This document shows positions 63,378 through 64,000 of a stretch of 64,000 nucleotides of DNA, in pieces. Each line of letters opens with the position of its first letter. Position 1 is the stretch's first letter. A program made the translations under genes and the position numbers. This stretch comes from Ostreococcus lucimarinus (Eukaryota). Below the pieces are notes generated by a model that worked only from the letters and a program-made list of their open reading frames with translations, did not search any database and had not been told where the DNA came from. The stretch lies in the NCBI GenBank assembly GCA_000092065.1, contig CP000593.1. One strand, 5' to 3'.

Positions 63378-64000
63378 CTATTTTTTCTTCACGTTAGTCG
63401 CGGCGGAAGTCTTCGCCGCTGTCATCGCAGCCGTCGCCGCGTGCGTCTTCGACACTTTCCAAAACGCGATGGCGAGCTGGCTCTTCAGCAGCATGAGCTG
63501 AAGTGGAAGCAGTGAAATCGCCACGGCGTCTCCAAGCTTCGCGCGCGCACGGGCGAAAGCCCCTCGCTTGATGGTCGATACATCGTCGTGTGGCGAGGGC
63601 GTCGAGGATTTCGCCAACCCCTCGCTCGCGCTCTTCCAAATGATCTTGTAACGATTGACGGGCGAGCCCAACTGCTCGTTGACGTATCGCAACAAATTAT
63701 TCGCCTTGAGCACGAGCAAAAGATCGCGAGGCAAGGTCTCAAAAAGCTTTGTTTGATCCTCTAATTTTACCCCCATGATTTGCTTCATGACCGAGCGCTT
63801 TTCCGCCACGGTGAAAGAGTCAGAGGAAGAATCGTCGTTTCGCTTGATCGACCCCGCGAGAGGCTCCTCAACGACGCGCGTCGGAACGACGGCGAGAATG
63901 AGCTTGAAGAACTGCGACATGTCGGGATCTATCCCAAGTGATCCAGTCGCTTCGCGCAAAGCGTTATCGTCCGATCTAATGATAGAGAGCCATACATTTG
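63378..64000 (-). CDS. ABC1/ADCK-family atypical kinase, C-terminal part only (gene continues beyond the window edge)
   Basis: The frame is open to position 64000; the ORF-track start at 63959 is TTG inside it. The block FETLPRDLLLVLKANNLLRYVNEQLG is typical of the C-terminal region of ABC1/aarF-domain kinases. Confidence 0.6.
   Translation of the reverse strand, partial: NVWLSIIRSDDNALREATGSLGIDPDMSQFFKLILAVVPTRVVEEPLAGSIKRNDDSSSDSFTVAEKRSVMKQIMGVKLEDQTKLFETLPRDLLLVLKANNLLRYVNEQLGSPVNRYKIIWKSASEGLAKSSTPSPHDDVSTIKRGAFARARAKLGDAVAISLLPLQLMLLKSQLAIAFWKVSKTHAATAAMTAAKTSAATNVKKK

Noticed and set aside
1-64000. Search for a prokaryote-style novel system (defence island, operon, toxin-antitoxin, mobile element with integrase/transposase, inverted terminal repeats).
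   Set aside because: All recognisable genes are typical eukaryotic nuclear genes with spliceosomal introns. No transposase, integrase or reverse transcriptase-like frame and no terminal inverted repeats were seen. Functional neighbourhoods here cannot be read as operons.

Overview
This window is GC-rich, very gene-dense nuclear DNA from a picoeukaryotic green alga. Gene content, and a cytochrome-b5-fused front-end desaturase very close to my memory of the Ostreococcus tauri acyl-CoA Delta6-desaturase, point to Ostreococcus (Mamiellophyceae). It is not prokaryotic. I found no operons, CRISPR array, rRNA, tRNA or recognisable mobile element. I can support about 41 protein-coding genes, roughly one per 1.6 kb, often in head-to-head pairs with intergenic regions of 70-400 bp.

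The supplied ORF track is prokaryote-style. It allows GTG/TTG starts and ignores splicing, and because stop codons are rare at this GC content it reports many long Arg/Ala-rich antisense ORFs that I reject. I re-checked start codons against the sequence and report ATG starts.

Reading the sequence revealed a very stereotyped intron grammar: donor GTGCG, branch ACTGAC, acceptor YAG. It lets me place 9 introns plus one candidate. It also recovers a three-exon QCR9 gene and several missing first or last exons (RPA2, PFD4, Ran, DGAT2, a CPA2 antiporter, an ANTH protein, a PG-binding-domain protein).

Recognisable genes:
- Photosynthesis and plastid: PGR5, HCF136, a Ycf37-like TPR protein, a DUF1997-like protein.
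- Lipid: Delta6-desaturase, DGAT2, ACBP-ankyrin, a Nudix CoA pyrophosphatase.
- Starch: two starch synthases, one of SSIII type with three CBM53 modules.
- Chromatin and replication: TLK, a nucleoplasmin-like FKBP, NAP1, RPA2.
- Signalling: a PKG-like kinase, a MAPKKK, bZIP, WOX.
- Housekeeping: eIF2B, Ran, PFD4, a DEAD-box helicase, OTU.

Most interesting observations:
1. A 2146-aa cell-surface protein combining PAN/apple-like modules, extensin-like proline blocks and three complete 8-cysteine (nsLTP/HyPRP-type) motifs.
2. An EF-hand + SAM + FN3 membrane protein with STIM-like ectodomain logic.
3. A near-perfect 3 x 143 bp tandem repeat starting 3 bp after a stop codon.
4. CGATCG-dense tandem duplications in three bidirectional promoters.
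5. A 20-bp perfect palindrome with a TGACGTCA core upstream of HCF136.

All functional calls rest on my reading of the translated sequence and remembered family signatures. No database search was run.
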